Part shown: positions 1-10,196 of the stretch, piece after piece
Numbering within the stretch: position 1 is the stretch's first letter
Layout of the letters: the number at the start of each line of letters is the position of its first letter
From: a virus
Taxonomy: Duplodnaviria > Caudoviricetes
DNA: 64,000 bases
IMG/VR virus record: IMGVR_UViG_3300031836_000002
Span: 32,001 to 96,000 of that record
Strand: one strand, 5' to 3'
Position numbers and translations under genes: made by a program
Notes under the pieces: generated by a model
What the model saw: the letters and a program-made list of their open reading frames with translations, nothing else
Told to the model about the DNA's origin: nothing
Database searches by the model: none

Positions 1-90
1 GACCTGCGAGCGAGCCACCTTGCTTTGTACCTGAGAGATCCGTGTTTGGATCGCTCGAAGCTTGTCATCTAGTTCCATTGAAAAATCCTC

Positions 91-942
91 CTATATTAGA
101 GTGATACGCCGACTCCCTGACGATTTGACAGGGGTGAATCGAGAACATGCGTGTTTGACCTCGCAGTACGTGCATTCTGAGGTGTCGGCGCGGGGCGTCC
201 GATCCTCTGTCCATACGTCGTTGGCCATCCCAGCCACTCTCTGCATGAGCTGGCTCCGGAACTCTCCGCTTGTGGGGATGCGCTTCACCATGGGGGTGGC
301 CAGCGGCTGGAGGAGACCTGACATCACGGTAGGCTTCCCGAACATGATTTCCACAGCGAGGTCGTAAACTCCGATCTGCCCTGCCGTCTTCTTGTAGTAC
401 TCATTGTTTCTGGTGTGCTTCACGTCCCAGACCCAGTAACGGTCCAGATCGTCCTGCACGATGATGTCCATGTAGCCATTGATAACCACCAGCTCGGTGC
501 CACCAGCGGGGTGCGAGACCTTGATGGGTGCCTTGAATCGGAAGTCTGCTTGGTACCGGAAAGGCACGACGTATTTCAGGAGAGCAGGCTCAATTTTGGA
601 AACAGCTTCTCGGCATTCTTTCTCCACCTGATCGCGGTCGCTCTTGTCCTTCCAGAGCATGGTGTCGCCCTTTTCGAGGATGGCATCCCGCTCGCGCTCG
701 ATGATCGAGGACACCATGTCAGGCATCCCACCCACGTTCTCGGCTGGTTCATTGCGGAGCCAGTCTCGAACTACTCGGTCGGTCACTGTGCCGGGAAAGA
801 AGATTCTCGTATTGGCCATCGGTGCGGACTTCTTCTCGCGCTTCAGGTAGCCCTTCTGCTTGCACTCTTCGTGTGTTCGCAAGGCAGACCAGCTTATGTA
901 TAAAGTCACTCGACCACATTCCTTGCATTTTTGGGAAGCCAT
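91..942 (-). CDS. Cas4/RecB-like PD-(D/E)xK exonuclease
   Basis: GYMDII..WVWDVKH motif, Q-x-x-x-Y, C-terminal CTYCEVKHAC Fe-S-type cysteines. Confidence 0.8.
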   Translation of the reverse strand: MASQKCKECGRVTLYISWSALRTHEECKQKGYLKREKKSAPMANTRIFFPGTVTDRVVRDWLRNEPAENVGGMPDMVSSIIERERDAILEKGDTMLWKDKSDRDQVEKECREAVSKIEPALLKYVVPFRYQADFRFKAPIKVSHPAGGTELVVINGYMDIIVQDDLDRYWVWDVKHTRNNEYYKKTAGQIGVYDLAVEIMFGKPTVMSGLLQPLATPMVKRIPTSGEFRSQLMQRVAGMANDVWTEDRTPRADTSECTYCEVKHACSRFTPVKSSGSRRITLI

Positions 943-971
943 CAGGTTACGGTAGTTCCCGTTTCAGTATG

Positions 972-1337
972 TCAGCGAGGTGTGGCAGAGAGGATGTTCG
1001 GGAACAGCGACAGAAAACCGTTGCGCCAGCCCACGACATCGAAGTTGTATGTGTCACCAATCTCGATCTGGCTATATGTGTCGGAGGCGTTGAAAGCCCC
1101 CAAGAGCCACTCGTCACCAACCTTGAAGGTGCCGCAGTCTTCCGTGTAGACCCGGTGGTCGGAAACACCTTCGGCGGTCGTGGTGCGGTCTTTGTCAGTC
1201 ACGGTGCACGTGACACTAGTCTGGGTGGTGAAGTAGAGAACCGCAGTTCCCACGATTCCCAGAACGACAACACTTCCGAGAAGCCATCCTCCTAGGATGC
1301 CCCAGTAAGGTTCGCTCCTGTTTTGATTTCTTATCAT
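972..1337 (-). CDS. membrane-anchored phage protein
   Basis: N-terminal hydrophobic helix followed by CTVTDKDR beta-rich domain. Confidence 0.6.
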   Translation of the reverse strand: MIRNQNRSEPYWGILGGWLLGSVVVLGIVGTAVLYFTTQTSVTCTVTDKDRTTTAEGVSDHRVYTEDCGTFKVGDEWLLGAFNASDTYSQIEIGDTYNFDVVGWRNGFLSLFPNILSATPR

Positions 1338-1576
1338 CAGCTGTCTCCGTGTTTCAGTGACCAAGATTCGGCGGCGTCCACCACGGTTGGGTGGATCGTT
1401 TCTAGTTGTTGACTTTCCTCCGGGGAGTACACGTGATCCATGTCGTGAAGATCAGCGAGCACATCGAGAGGGCCTCCGTTGGTATCCACAGCTCGGATCC
1501 GGGACTCGATCTCTTGGACCTTGGTGATGCGCGAGAGGCGGAAAGTGCGTCCTCGGTAGTTGAACCATGTAGCCAC
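1337..1576 (-). CDS. hypothetical protein
   Basis: ORF tiled in operon, GGAGG RBS. Confidence 0.6.
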   Translation of the reverse strand: MATWFNYRGRTFRLSRITKVQEIESRIRAVDTNGGPLDVLADLHDMDHVYSPEESQQLETIHPTVVDAAESWSLKHGDS

Positions 1577-1585
1577 TAGGGCCTC

Positions 1586-1774
1586 CTATTTCATTGACTT
1601 CTTGAAAGACTCTCCGATTTTGTAGCTGAGGGACTCAAGCTGAAGCTTGGGTCTCCAGTATCCTTCATCTGAGTCATCTTCGAAAACGCTGTACGCGGAC
1701 GCAGCCTGATTCAGAGTTTTCAAAATCAGCCTGACCTCATCCGGATTGAGTCGAAGGACAACCTTCTTGGTCAT
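1586..1774 (-). CDS. hypothetical protein
   Basis: ATGA overlap with upstream gene. Confidence 0.6.
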   Translation of the reverse strand: MTKKVVLRLNPDEVRLILKTLNQAASAYSVFEDDSDEGYWRPKLQLESLSYKIGESFKKSMK

Positions 1775-2178
1775 TTGATGTTCGATTCAGCGGTCTCCAC
1801 GAGGGACTGAACTACGTCAGCCTTGATTCCCTTGAAGTTTCTCTCGGCACGGTCGCGGCGAAGCTTCTGGACGTATTGCCAGCCTGCATCCGTGAACTCC
1901 ACGAAGGCGTTGCTGCTGAAGTGGAGCAAGCCGAAGTGTTCTGCGTCCCGCAAGCAGTCGTAGTCCGTGTGGCCCTTCAAGTGCTCTCCGTTGGCCAAGT
2001 ACGACGGATATGCGTTGCCGTCCCTACGCATGTGGGCAGGCTCCAAAACACCGCCATAATCGACCACACGGGTCTCGGCGTAGGTGAGGGTGGAGATGTG
2101 ATCCCTGCCCCAAAATTCCATGGGCACGAAGCCCGTGGAATTTCGACGGTCGGTGGGTGCTGTAGCTGTTTGCGTCAT
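1771..2178 (-). CDS. hypothetical protein
   Basis: start MTQTA after GGAGACAC RBS and promoter module. Confidence 0.7.
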   Translation of the reverse strand: MTQTATAPTDRRNSTGFVPMEFWGRDHISTLTYAETRVVDYGGVLEPAHMRRDGNAYPSYLANGEHLKGHTDYDCLRDAEHFGLLHFSSNAFVEFTDAGWQYVQKLRRDRAERNFKGIKADVVQSLVETAESNIK

Positions 2179-2243
2179 AGTGTCTCCTTGATTGAGGTGT
2201 TGACCTACCCTCACAATAGATTATTTAGAGTTCAAGTGCAATC
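2179..2243 (-). promoter_or_regulatory. repeated promoter-RBS module (divergent copy)
   Basis: TTGCAC-17-TATTGT, TAGGTCAA box, GGAGACAC-ATG. Confidence 0.7.
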
Positions 2244-2581
2244 TAGACAGCCTTCTGGACTCGGTGGTCGTTGGCGATAGTCACTGGACCCCGCTCGGTG
2301 CCGACATGGAGATGTCCGGAGACAAGATCAATGGACTCGACCTTGCCGGGGACCCACGCGCCAGCCCGCAGGACCTCAACGAAGTCTTCCACGGCATAGT
2401 CCTTGAGTTGGTGGTGGAGTGGGCTAGCCTCCACGGGAGACTCTTCTACTTTGGCAGGAGCCAGATCGAGAGCACGCTGGAGGTATGGAAGGACGAAATC
2501 CTGCATGCGTTCTTCGCCCGCTTCATGATCTTCCAGAGCCTCTGCCATCTCTTCAGCCAGTTCATTCAGTTGTTCAGACAT
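2243..2581 (-). CDS. hypothetical protein
   Basis: start MSEQL, tiled in operon. Confidence 0.55.
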   Translation of the reverse strand: MSEQLNELAEEMAEALEDHEAGEERMQDFVLPYLQRALDLAPAKVEESPVEASPLHHQLKDYAVEDFVEVLRAGAWVPGKVESIDLVSGHLHVGTERGPVTIANDHRVQKAV

Positions 2582-2831
2582 TCGTCTCGCTCGATTCTGT
2601 TTCTGCCTTCTCTCGAAGGTCTGCCATGTAGTTGATGATGCGGATGATTTCTTCGATCTGCGCGGTGTCGGAGGTGCGCTCATAGTCTCCGGCAATCAGC
2701 ACCTCAATGCGGCCTATGTAGCCCTGCAAACGCTCAGGATTCGCGTGAGCTGTGACGATCTCCCGCAAAGGGATCTCGCGCTCCTTAGCGAGCATTCGAG
2801 CTTGCTGGTAATTTCCAAAAACGACAATCAT
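2574..2831 (-). CDS. hypothetical protein
   Basis: start MIVVF overlapping upstream stop. Confidence 0.55.
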   Translation of the reverse strand: MIVVFGNYQQARMLAKEREIPLREIVTAHANPERLQGYIGRIEVLIAGDYERTSDTAQIEEIIRIINYMADLREKAETESSETNV

Positions 2832-3094
2832 GTGACTGCTCCGGTGTCTAAGGGGTTCCAGTCGGTGTGCATAGCTCGACGCTCTGCCCGCTGGGGTTCC
2901 CAGCCCAAGCTTATGTCGTAGCATTCGTCCACGTTCAGCCGGGAGGGGAACTTGGTTACCGGATCCTCTCCCGGCATGACCCATATCGACTCGTTGTCGA
3001 AGTCCACTCCGTTATGAGCCACAATCATGTGACTGGCTCCGGCCTCCTCGGCTTCCTTGAAAGCTGCTTCGATTTGATCAACTCTCCACGACAT
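2828..3094 (-). CDS. hypothetical protein
   Basis: AGGAG RBS, tiled. Confidence 0.6.
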   Translation of the reverse strand: MSWRVDQIEAAFKEAEEAGASHMIVAHNGVDFDNESIWVMPGEDPVTKFPSRLNVDECYDISLGWEPQRAERRAMHTDWNPLDTGAVT

Positions 3095-3096
3095 GG

Positions 3097-3789
3097 TTAC
3101 TCCTTGGTGTAAGCCGTCTGGCCCGTGAGGGGAGCAAGCGCTCCGATGGTTCCGGACATCGAGCGCTCAGGGTCGAGAAGGTGCTGCTTGGCTAGTCCCA
3201 AGGCCATGGCGTGCTGATTGCCGGTGGTTCCCTGCTCGTCGGCTAGCTCGGTGATCTCGGTAGTTTCCAACGGTCGGATGTCAGTCAGGGTCTTGTCGAG
3301 GATCTGCTCCCCAATCTTGGCGTACATGACGGCAAGCTCGGAGATGACGAGTTCGTAGCCCCAGCCCTCAACTTCAAATTCTTCTTTGTCTTGTTCTCGG
3401 AAGTATTCCAAACGCTCGCGGATCCACGTAGGGAGTTTGGCCTCGCGGGCCTGCCAGTTGGGGCGATTGCTTTCCAAGGCATCGAGACGCCTCTTCTTCG
3501 AGTTATCTAAGAACAGCTCGAAGTCCTCTCGGATCGCATTGTCAGAGCGGCGTGCATACCAAACTCCGTCGATGTGCCATCCGGAGATCTCGTTGAAGCC
3601 TTTCGTCTCCAGTCCAAAGTAGCTACCCACCTTGAGGAGAGCTGCCACCTCATCGGGAGCAATCATTGTCCAGCCGTCACTTCCTGTGATGGCCTTCCCA
3701 TCCTGAGAGATGTGGGTGACAGTCTGGAAGGTGAGCTTCCTTTCTGTGTGGCCTTCAGTGCTGGAATCTGTAACGGTGTCTTTGGTCAT
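3097..3789 (-). CDS. hypothetical protein
   Basis: long ORF, GGAG RBS before MTKDT. Confidence 0.7.
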   Translation of the reverse strand: MTKDTVTDSSTEGHTERKLTFQTVTHISQDGKAITGSDGWTMIAPDEVAALLKVGSYFGLETKGFNEISGWHIDGVWYARRSDNAIREDFELFLDNSKKRRLDALESNRPNWQAREAKLPTWIRERLEYFREQDKEEFEVEGWGYELVISELAVMYAKIGEQILDKTLTDIRPLETTEITELADEQGTTGNQHAMALGLAKQHLLDPERSMSGTIGALAPLTGQTAYTKE

Positions 3790-4063
3790 GTCATTCTCCG
3801 GTTTTCTTGTCGATGGGGTACTAAGGTCGCTGCGGATCAAGCGGCCACTCCCAGAGGCTGTTCCGCCTTGATATAGCACAAGGTGCACCAAAAATGCCCA
3901 TTCTCTGGGTTGTAGGTGCCTTCCTCATTCTGGACAGCGGCCAGAGCGTTGGGGTGGCCCTCGTAGAGAGCAAGTTCTGTGTACTCAGAGAGTTCGTAGG
4001 GTGCCTTGAGACATCCGTTGCATCGAGTTTCCATAGTGGTCCTTTCGAGATTGGTGGCCATGG

Positions 4064-4312
4064 TTAGCCCAGAGCCAGTTCGTCTTTTTCGAAGTCAGGG
4101 TCCGCGGCCAGAACGGCTGCACGAACTACTGTGCCGTGGTCTCGAACAATCTGCCACTGAGTGAAGGTGAGTCCTTCAGTTTCTGCAATGTCTTGGACTC
4201 CAGCATTGGTGGCTTCTGCTGTCAGCTCATCGAAGAGTCGATCTGCGGAGCCTCCATTGTGGAACAGGCGTGACATGTTTGTCATCTGCTGAGTTGTGTA
4301 TCGAATAGCCAT
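4064..4312 (-). CDS. hypothetical protein
   Basis: directly downstream of promoter module. Confidence 0.7.
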   Translation of the reverse strand: MAIRYTTQQMTNMSRLFHNGGSADRLFDELTAEATNAGVQDIAETEGLTFTQWQIVRDHGTVVRAAVLAADPDFEKDELALG

Positions 4313-4371
4313 GGTGTTCTCCTCTAGTTGACCTTACGGTTTGAGCGTAGCACAAGATTGCATACGCAATC
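4313..4371 (-). promoter_or_regulatory. repeated promoter-RBS module
   Basis: TTGCG-TA-TGCAA, TG-n-TACGCT, TAAGGTCAA, GAGGAG. Confidence 0.8.
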
Positions 4372-4642
4372 TATGCGGCTTGACGGCTCCGGACACAAGC
4401 ATTGTGGAGAAGGGCAGCTCGATGAATCTTCGCTTCCCGGAGTTGCTGTTCGAGCTTCGAGATCTGACGATCAGCCTCTGCAAGCGAGCGGCGTCGATGG
4501 TCTTCAGGGGTTGTGAGGGTTCTTCCAAGTTTCATGGGGTCTCCTAAATCTGGACCATATCGGGATGGTGCATCATGAAATGTTCGATCCGCTCGATGTG
4601 GTAGAAGCAGATCTCCACTAAATTCTTGAACCAGTTCTTCAT

Positions 4643-4703
4643 GATGTCTCCCTTGCTAACTGACCTTACTCTTTGAGTATAGCACATAGATTGCATTTGC
4701 AAT
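4643..4703 (-). promoter_or_regulatory. repeated promoter-RBS module
   Basis: TTGCAAATGCAA, TG-n-TATACT, TAAGGTCAG, GGAGACATC-ATG. Confidence 0.8.
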
Positions 4704-4726
4704 ACTGACTAGAAGGAATAAATAGA

Positions 4727-4784
4727 GATTGCTTTTGACATCTATATGTGACATGCTGGAGGTACATTGACTTTGGAGGTCACC
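4727..4784 (+). promoter_or_regulatory. plus-strand promoter and RBS
   Basis: TTGCTT-17-CATGCT with TTGCTTTTGACATC box, GGAGGT RBS. Confidence 0.55.
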
Positions 4785-4943
4785 ATGGAAAATTCACCCA
4801 CGTACAACAGCTTCGGAAGTGCTGTTCGCGCTCTCTACCAAGCTCACACGGTCAATCGAGCACGGTTTCACGCCATGCGTCGAGTCATCGGCTACCGTGG
4901 CGCTGTCGCTTCAGTGTGGACTAATCCGTACTGGGGCAGCTAA
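4785..4943 (+). CDS. 52-aa protein MENSPTYNSF...NPYWGS (not in ORF track)
   Basis: GGAGGT RBS 4 nt before ATG; translated by hand. Confidence 0.65.
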   Translation: MENSPTYNSFGSAVRALYQAHTVNRARFHAMRRVIGYRGAVASVWTNPYWGS

Positions 4944-5113
4944 TGGGAGCATCCCGATGGGTCCGGGTGATCTCCGGGGTGGGTCCAGAAGATCAGCACC
5001 GATGCGTTCAGTATCAGGCAGACTCTGAGGGAGCTGCTGAGGCTCAGTTCCTTGAGGAGTTCCCCGGCTTTGAGATTTCTCGCCGGGAGCACTACATCTC
5101 AAAAGGACGCTAG
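4943..5113 (+). CDS. 56-aa protein MGASRWVRV...ISKGR (not in ORF track)
   Basis: TAATG coupling to previous ORF; stop overlaps convergent gene stop. Confidence 0.6.
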   Translation: MGASRWVRVISGVGPEDQHRCVQYQADSEGAAEAQFLEEFPGFEISRREHYISKGR

Positions 5114-5628
5114 TAGCCTTCGATTCGTCCCCGCAGAAACCCCACGGCTTTATCCTCTGGGTAGAGCCGTATTGCTGTCTTCGTGACCGCTCGCGTGAGG
5201 GTGGCCTGAAGGTGTCGAGGCATCGGAAGAGGGTCCCGGCGTTCTGCTTGTACAGCTACACGGATCCCAGTTCCATAGCTGTGCATGAGTCCCCAGCCCT
5301 CTGGAAGCTCCCCCGGCTTCACGATGGTCTTATCACTGACCACCAGCCACCAGAAGTCGCAGTACTGAGCGAACTCTTCAGCTTTCGTGGGGTCCTTCAG
5401 CTCGGTGAGCCAGTCTGATCGGGAGACCTTGACCTCGTGCCCATGAAGCTTGGGTCCTGAGTGGATTCCATAGCCTCCCCAGAGATCCATGGCCATATAG
5501 TCACATACTCGACTTGAACTGAAGCCCGTCATGTTCTTGACGTGCTCGGCTCTCGTGTAGCGGATTCCGTTTCCGTTGTACTTCCCGTACTTAACATTCA
5601 GTCGGTCGAGCATCTCGCGCTCGTTCAT
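5110..5628 (-). CDS. MmcB-like PD-(D/E)xK nuclease-fold protein
   Basis: HEVKVSRSDWLTEL...YCDFWWLV motif. Confidence 0.65.
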   Translation of the reverse strand: MNEREMLDRLNVKYGKYNGNGIRYTRAEHVKNMTGFSSSRVCDYMAMDLWGGYGIHSGPKLHGHEVKVSRSDWLTELKDPTKAEEFAQYCDFWWLVVSDKTIVKPGELPEGWGLMHSYGTGIRVAVQAERRDPLPMPRHLQATLTRAVTKTAIRLYPEDKAVGFLRGRIEGY

Positions 5629-5910
5629 TGCAGATCCTGAGGATCTTCGATAAATCCAGACCACTCAAAGTCGGTGACAGCTTTGTCTTTAGCTCCATGG
5701 TGCACTCGTGTGTACATTCCCTTTCGAGTGGCTTGTTTTCCCCTGTGATCGCCCACAGTGTTGACAAGGATGGTTGGGGATCCTCCGTGGACAGAGACCC
5801 TATTGCCGTGCATTGGTCCTCCATGGAGCTGTGCGGTCTCTGCGGTCATAGGGGTCTTTACTTTCGAGCACTAGAACGCAAGAACTCAGCATCCGTTGTG
5901 AGCTGTAGGC

Positions 5911-6930
5911 TCATTTTTCTACCTCTTCCAGAATGGTGATGGCGGTCTTCTTCACGCGCTCGGTAACGTCCATGGTCTTGATGTGCTCGATGACCGCACC
6001 GGTGCTGCTGATGTCGAGCGTGCTGCTGCCAACGTCATTGAGGAACCGATCCAAGCTGAGCTTCTCTGATTTTGAGATCTGAGCTGCTTCGAGCTTGAAG
6101 ACTTCGGAAGCGGGCTTGTGGGGAACGGCCACCTCACGGAATCCCAGCTCGGTGCCATCCTCACCGTCTGCCCAGACAGCTACCTTGATCGAGCGCTCCA
6201 CGTTGTACTCGTGCAGGGATCCGCGGCTGAGCGCTCCCATGTTGGCGTAGGTGACTCCATCGTCTTCCCAGATGCCGTGATCTTCGTGAATGTGTCCGTA
6301 GTAGAGGAACCCCATGTGTCCCATGGCCTCTCCTAGGCCGTGGGGGCCTGTTGTGGGCACGAGTTCGAACAACTGCTTGGCAGCGTCCACCGGTGGGTAG
6401 ATCGGAGCGTGAGTGACCGTCAGGGCGTGCGTGAGGTCAACTTGGGCGTAGTCTCCACCTTCGTCCACGCCACCTGCGGAACGCCAGCGGTCGAAAGCCT
6501 CCATAGGAGTGTCCTCGTGAAGCCAGCGCTGCTGCCACGGAACTCCGAAGATTGGAAGCGTCTCATGCCAGCCATTCAGCTCGCGTGCGCCAGAGGCTAG
6601 GAGCACACCAAGTGGCTGCTTCTCCGTCACGCTCTCTAGAACGTCGTTGCTGATGTCGTGGTTGCCTACGACGATGAGAAGCTCGATTCCCAGACGCTTG
6701 GCATCTTGAACCACCTCGATCATGCGAAGCACGAGAGCGTGGGACGTTCGTCCGGGCTGCTTGTGATTGAAGATGTCTCCGGCCCATACAATGGCGGGGA
6801 TATCTCTGTCCGCGGCGTAGGTGTTGATCCAGAGAAGCATCTCGATCAGATCATCCATGTAGCTGTCATGGACAGAGGCAGGGGGTCGATCCATAGCGTG
6901 GATGTCACCAACGAGAAGTACTTCAGACAT
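5911..6930 (-). CDS. Mre11/SbcD-like metallophosphoesterase nuclease
   Basis: GDIH, GDIF, GNHD, TH, GHIH motifs. Confidence 0.85.
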   Translation of the reverse strand: MSEVLLVGDIHAMDRPPASVHDSYMDDLIEMLLWINTYAADRDIPAIVWAGDIFNHKQPGRTSHALVLRMIEVVQDAKRLGIELLIVVGNHDISNDVLESVTEKQPLGVLLASGARELNGWHETLPIFGVPWQQRWLHEDTPMEAFDRWRSAGGVDEGGDYAQVDLTHALTVTHAPIYPPVDAAKQLFELVPTTGPHGLGEAMGHMGFLYYGHIHEDHGIWEDDGVTYANMGALSRGSLHEYNVERSIKVAVWADGEDGTELGFREVAVPHKPASEVFKLEAAQISKSEKLSLDRFLNDVGSSTLDISSTGAVIEHIKTMDVTERVKKTAITILEEVEK

Positions 6931-8366
6931 GGGGGCCTTTTCTATGTTCAGGGTCTACTAAGTATTACGGGGATCCGGCAGGTATCAACAGGGTCAGTCT
7001 CGTTCTACCCATGCCTCTTCGATCCCAGAAGGGCACTCCACGCAGTTGAGGCATGGAGGAGACAGATGGCAGAAACACGTGTGCGAGGGAGACTCCCAGA
7101 TGCAGTTATCGTGGTCCCACAACAGGTAGCCAAATTCTTCTCTGAGTTCCATTACGCACTCCGAAGTTGGAGAGTTACGAGATCGTTCCGGGTGAAGGAG
7201 CTGAGTACTACCCACATTGTGGTCTCAATGATGTAGGCACTGTCTCGCTTGAAGAGGATAACCTGCCCCGGCTCTAGCTCAGGAAAAGTATTCAAGCCAG
7301 CCACCGAGACGTAGGCACGTGTTCCATCGCGGCGCGCAGCATACGTGCCTACGTCTGGAATAGTGAGGATGTCGGTCATGAGATCAGCCCTGATCATTAG
7401 TCTCCTCAGGGAGTTGGGTCAGTGTGTAGATCACGGGGGATTCCATGGAATACTCTTTCCTGAGCCTGATGTCGAGAGACACTGCTTGGAGCGTCTCTCG
7501 CTCCATAAAGTAGAGAGACTCATTTCCATGGAACACTGGTTCGCGGTACTCGTAGTTCAGGATCACCTTCGACATGGGATCGAAGCCACCCTTCATCTCT
7601 AGCTGAGTGCGTACACCTTCTGAGTTTTTGAAAACGATGGTGAATTTGTCAATTTCCGTTCTGATCTCAGTCATTCGTTCTCTCCTTCTCTGTTCCAGTG
7701 TCCTGCCTCATCGAGAGCTGCCGACAAGTATCCGAGGTACTCAGGCTGAAGAATCTTCTTCATGTCCTTGAGAAGGTCGCGAGAGGAGACCTCGATGTTT
7801 TCTGATAGCTCCGTGAACATCTCCATCAAGGAATCTCGAATAGCTAGAGATTTCTCATCTTTCTTCATGTCTTGTCCTCTTCGGTGAAGGTGGATCGGGC
7901 CAGATGGCCAAGGATCGACATGGCTTCCACAATTGCCGGGAAGCGCATGTCAACGTAAATGGAGCCTTCGTCTATCTCACTCTGGATGGTGCGGGCAATG
8001 ATCTCCCACGTGAACGGGGTCCCAGCCTCCAGCCCTCCTGTGTAGCTCCGCAAGGCATCTGCGAGGATCTCGTTCACCTCGGCGCGGTGTTTCGTTTGGG
8101 TGGTCACAGGAGTTCCCCATCCAGTCGTCTGGTCAATTTTTCTATCTTGTCGCGAGCGTCCCGGAATGACTTGTTCTCGTCGTACTCGGAAGACCGTGGC
8201 CTACCTCCGGGCCAGATTCGAGTGAACTCTTCTTTCAGGTGAGCCAGATAGGCAACACGAGCTGTGTTGAGATCAACTGGATCAGGGTGGTGAGTTCCGG
8301 ATCCATCGGGACCTTCGGAAGGCTCTGCCGGTATGGTCTTCATTGGGTCTCCTAAATGACCGTGGA

Positions 8367-8936
8367 TTACTTGAGTGCTTGGTAGAGAAACTGGTACTGG
8401 GCGAACTCTGACTCAGAGAGATCTACTTCAAGATCTGCCCAGTGGTGGTTGGGAATGGATCCGTGTTCAAACTTCAGTCGCTCCCGGACCAGATCTAGTA
8501 CCACCTTGGGGGTGGCCTCCAAACTGTTCACTGGGCTGCTGGTAGCCGCCACAACACGCTCGTGGGTCTTCCACCCTTCCATGAACACGTAACGAGCATT
8601 CAGAGTCTGCCCTTTCACGAACTGGCCGAGCCAGCCATTGAAGGGGTCAGAGAATCCAATGGGGTGTTTCGTGGAAGCGCGAGGCAGAACAAGATTTTGT
8701 TCTCGCACGCTCTGAGCCTCAGCCCACGCGACCAAGCGTTGTCGTGTGGCCTTGATGGCGTCCGACTCCGCCCGCATAATGAACGTGATCAAATCCCACT
8801 TCGTGTACGTCATGTAGACGCGTCGAAGCTCACTGGGAGACTGGGCACGGGTTTCCATGCCAAGCTTCTTCCACTCTTCTTTGATGGCTTCCCTGCGCTC
8901 TGTGTAGCGGGGTACGTCCTCTTCGTCATAACTCAT
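8367..8936 (-). CDS. hypothetical protein
   Basis: GGAGACACCCC RBS before MSYDE. Confidence 0.65.
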   Translation of the reverse strand: MSYDEEDVPRYTERREAIKEEWKKLGMETRAQSPSELRRVYMTYTKWDLITFIMRAESDAIKATRQRLVAWAEAQSVREQNLVLPRASTKHPIGFSDPFNGWLGQFVKGQTLNARYVFMEGWKTHERVVAATSSPVNSLEATPKVVLDLVRERLKFEHGSIPNHHWADLEVDLSESEFAQYQFLYQALK

Positions 8937-9314
8937 GGGGTGTCTCCTCTTTGGGGTAGCTAGAGGCCTTGGGAGGAGTCTCTGGTGGGCATTCAAGATG
9001 GACGTACTTGTTCAGGGCACTGAAGACATCCCCGTGCGGGTACTTCACCTCGAAGCGGGCTACCTGAACAGTTAGCTGTCCTTGACGGAAAGATTTCTTG
9101 CATCTGAGGCAGATCATAACTACTCGCTCGTGCCGTCTTCGAGACCGAAGTAGAAGCGGGCGAAGTCTAATCTCATGGCCAAGCCGCGCTCGATCTTCTC
9201 GATCTGGCGTTCGCCTTTTCCAGATACGTCGATTCGATCAATCTCTTCGCTCGTTGTGAGATCTCGAATAACGAAAGCTTGCGAGGGTACTGGTGTGGTG
9301 CTTGTCTCCTTCAT

Positions 9315-9374
9315 GGGACCTCCTGTTTATTGACCTTACTCTTTGAGCATAGCACATAGATTGCATCTGCAACC
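9315..9374 (-). promoter_or_regulatory. repeated promoter-RBS module
   Basis: TTGCAGATGCAA, TG-n-TATGCT, TAAGGTCAA, GGAGGT. Confidence 0.8.
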
Positions 9375-9580
9375 TAGATGGTGGTGAACACCATGAACAG
9401 CGTAGCTACCCAGCCCATGTACAGGAGCAGAGACAGAACACCAGCTATAAGAGCTGGGACGAACCCCAGATGCTCCTTGATAGGTTCTGATATACGCTCG
9501 ACAATGTAGTCACCAACGATGCCTCCTACGACAGCAAAGCCAAGGAAGGCGATAACGAGAAAGAAAACTTCAGCTGACAT
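9374..9580 (-). CDS. small two-helix membrane protein
   Basis: two hydrophobic segments; own promoter module. Confidence 0.65.
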   Translation of the reverse strand: MSAEVFFLVIAFLGFAVVGGIVGDYIVERISEPIKEHLGFVPALIAGVLSLLLYMGWVATLFMVFTTI

Positions 9581-9649
9581 AGTGCCTCCGATGTTTAGCT
9601 GGTTGGCCTTACGTTTTGAGCTTACGTCATTGAGAAGTCAAATGCAGCC
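9581..9649 (-). promoter_or_regulatory. repeated promoter-RBS module
   Basis: 38 bp identical to the copy at 14797-14857. Confidence 0.75.
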
Positions 9650-9890
9650 TACACTGAAGCTCAGTGATTATCCGCAAAATCTCCCCAGTAGCCTCCGCCT
9701 GCTCTCCGCGTAGATGCTCGCGCTGATCCTCGCTAAAGGCGTGATACCCCATGTGAGGGTGATCTGCTTTCGGGTTATTCGAGCGGCACCTGTAGTAAGC
9801 CAAAGTGTCAGCAATCCGAAAGGCTAGTTCCCGTTCTCGCTCGGTCGGTACGGTGGCGTGGATATCTGGGCATTCGTGAGCGTCACTCAT
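9627..9890 (-). CDS. mosaic small protein (AHECP..TVPTE module)
   Basis: shares DNA module with about 12286-12330. Confidence 0.55.
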   Translation of the reverse strand: MSDAHECPDIHATVPTERERELAFRIADTLAYYRCRSNNPKADHPHMGYHAFSEDQREHLRGEQAEATGEILRIITELQCRLHLTSQ

Positions 9891-10045
9891 TTGTTTCTCA
9901 TTTCGGGACACTCGAAGTCGTGGCGGCTGCTCGTGTAGATCAGTCGGCAGCGGTGGCACCTTTTCGCCCACGCCGGACGCGTCTCTGGCTCCGGCCATAG
10001 CCCTGCAATTACCTCATCCGAGACGGTTTCGTCTGTAGTGCTCAT
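9887..10045 (-). CDS. mosaic small protein (MSTTDE module)
   Basis: AGGAG RBS; translated by hand. Confidence 0.55.
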   Translation of the reverse strand: MSTTDETVSDEVIAGLWPEPETRPAWAKRCHRCRLIYTSSRHDFECPEMRNK

Positions 10046-10196
10046 GACTTGCTCCTAATGCTCAGGAGCCACGGCCCCAGATAGATATAGATGTTGCGCT
10101 CATGGTCGCCCCACTTCTGCCAAGACGCTCCCAGCAGAAACCCGCTCATGTACTTGCGTCCACTAGGTCGGTAGCCCATGTTCCAGCCGAAGCCCG

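Noticed and set aside
91-942. Cas4-like gene as evidence of CRISPR-Cas
   Set aside because: Solo Cas4/RecB-like nucleases are common in phages and no other cas genes are present
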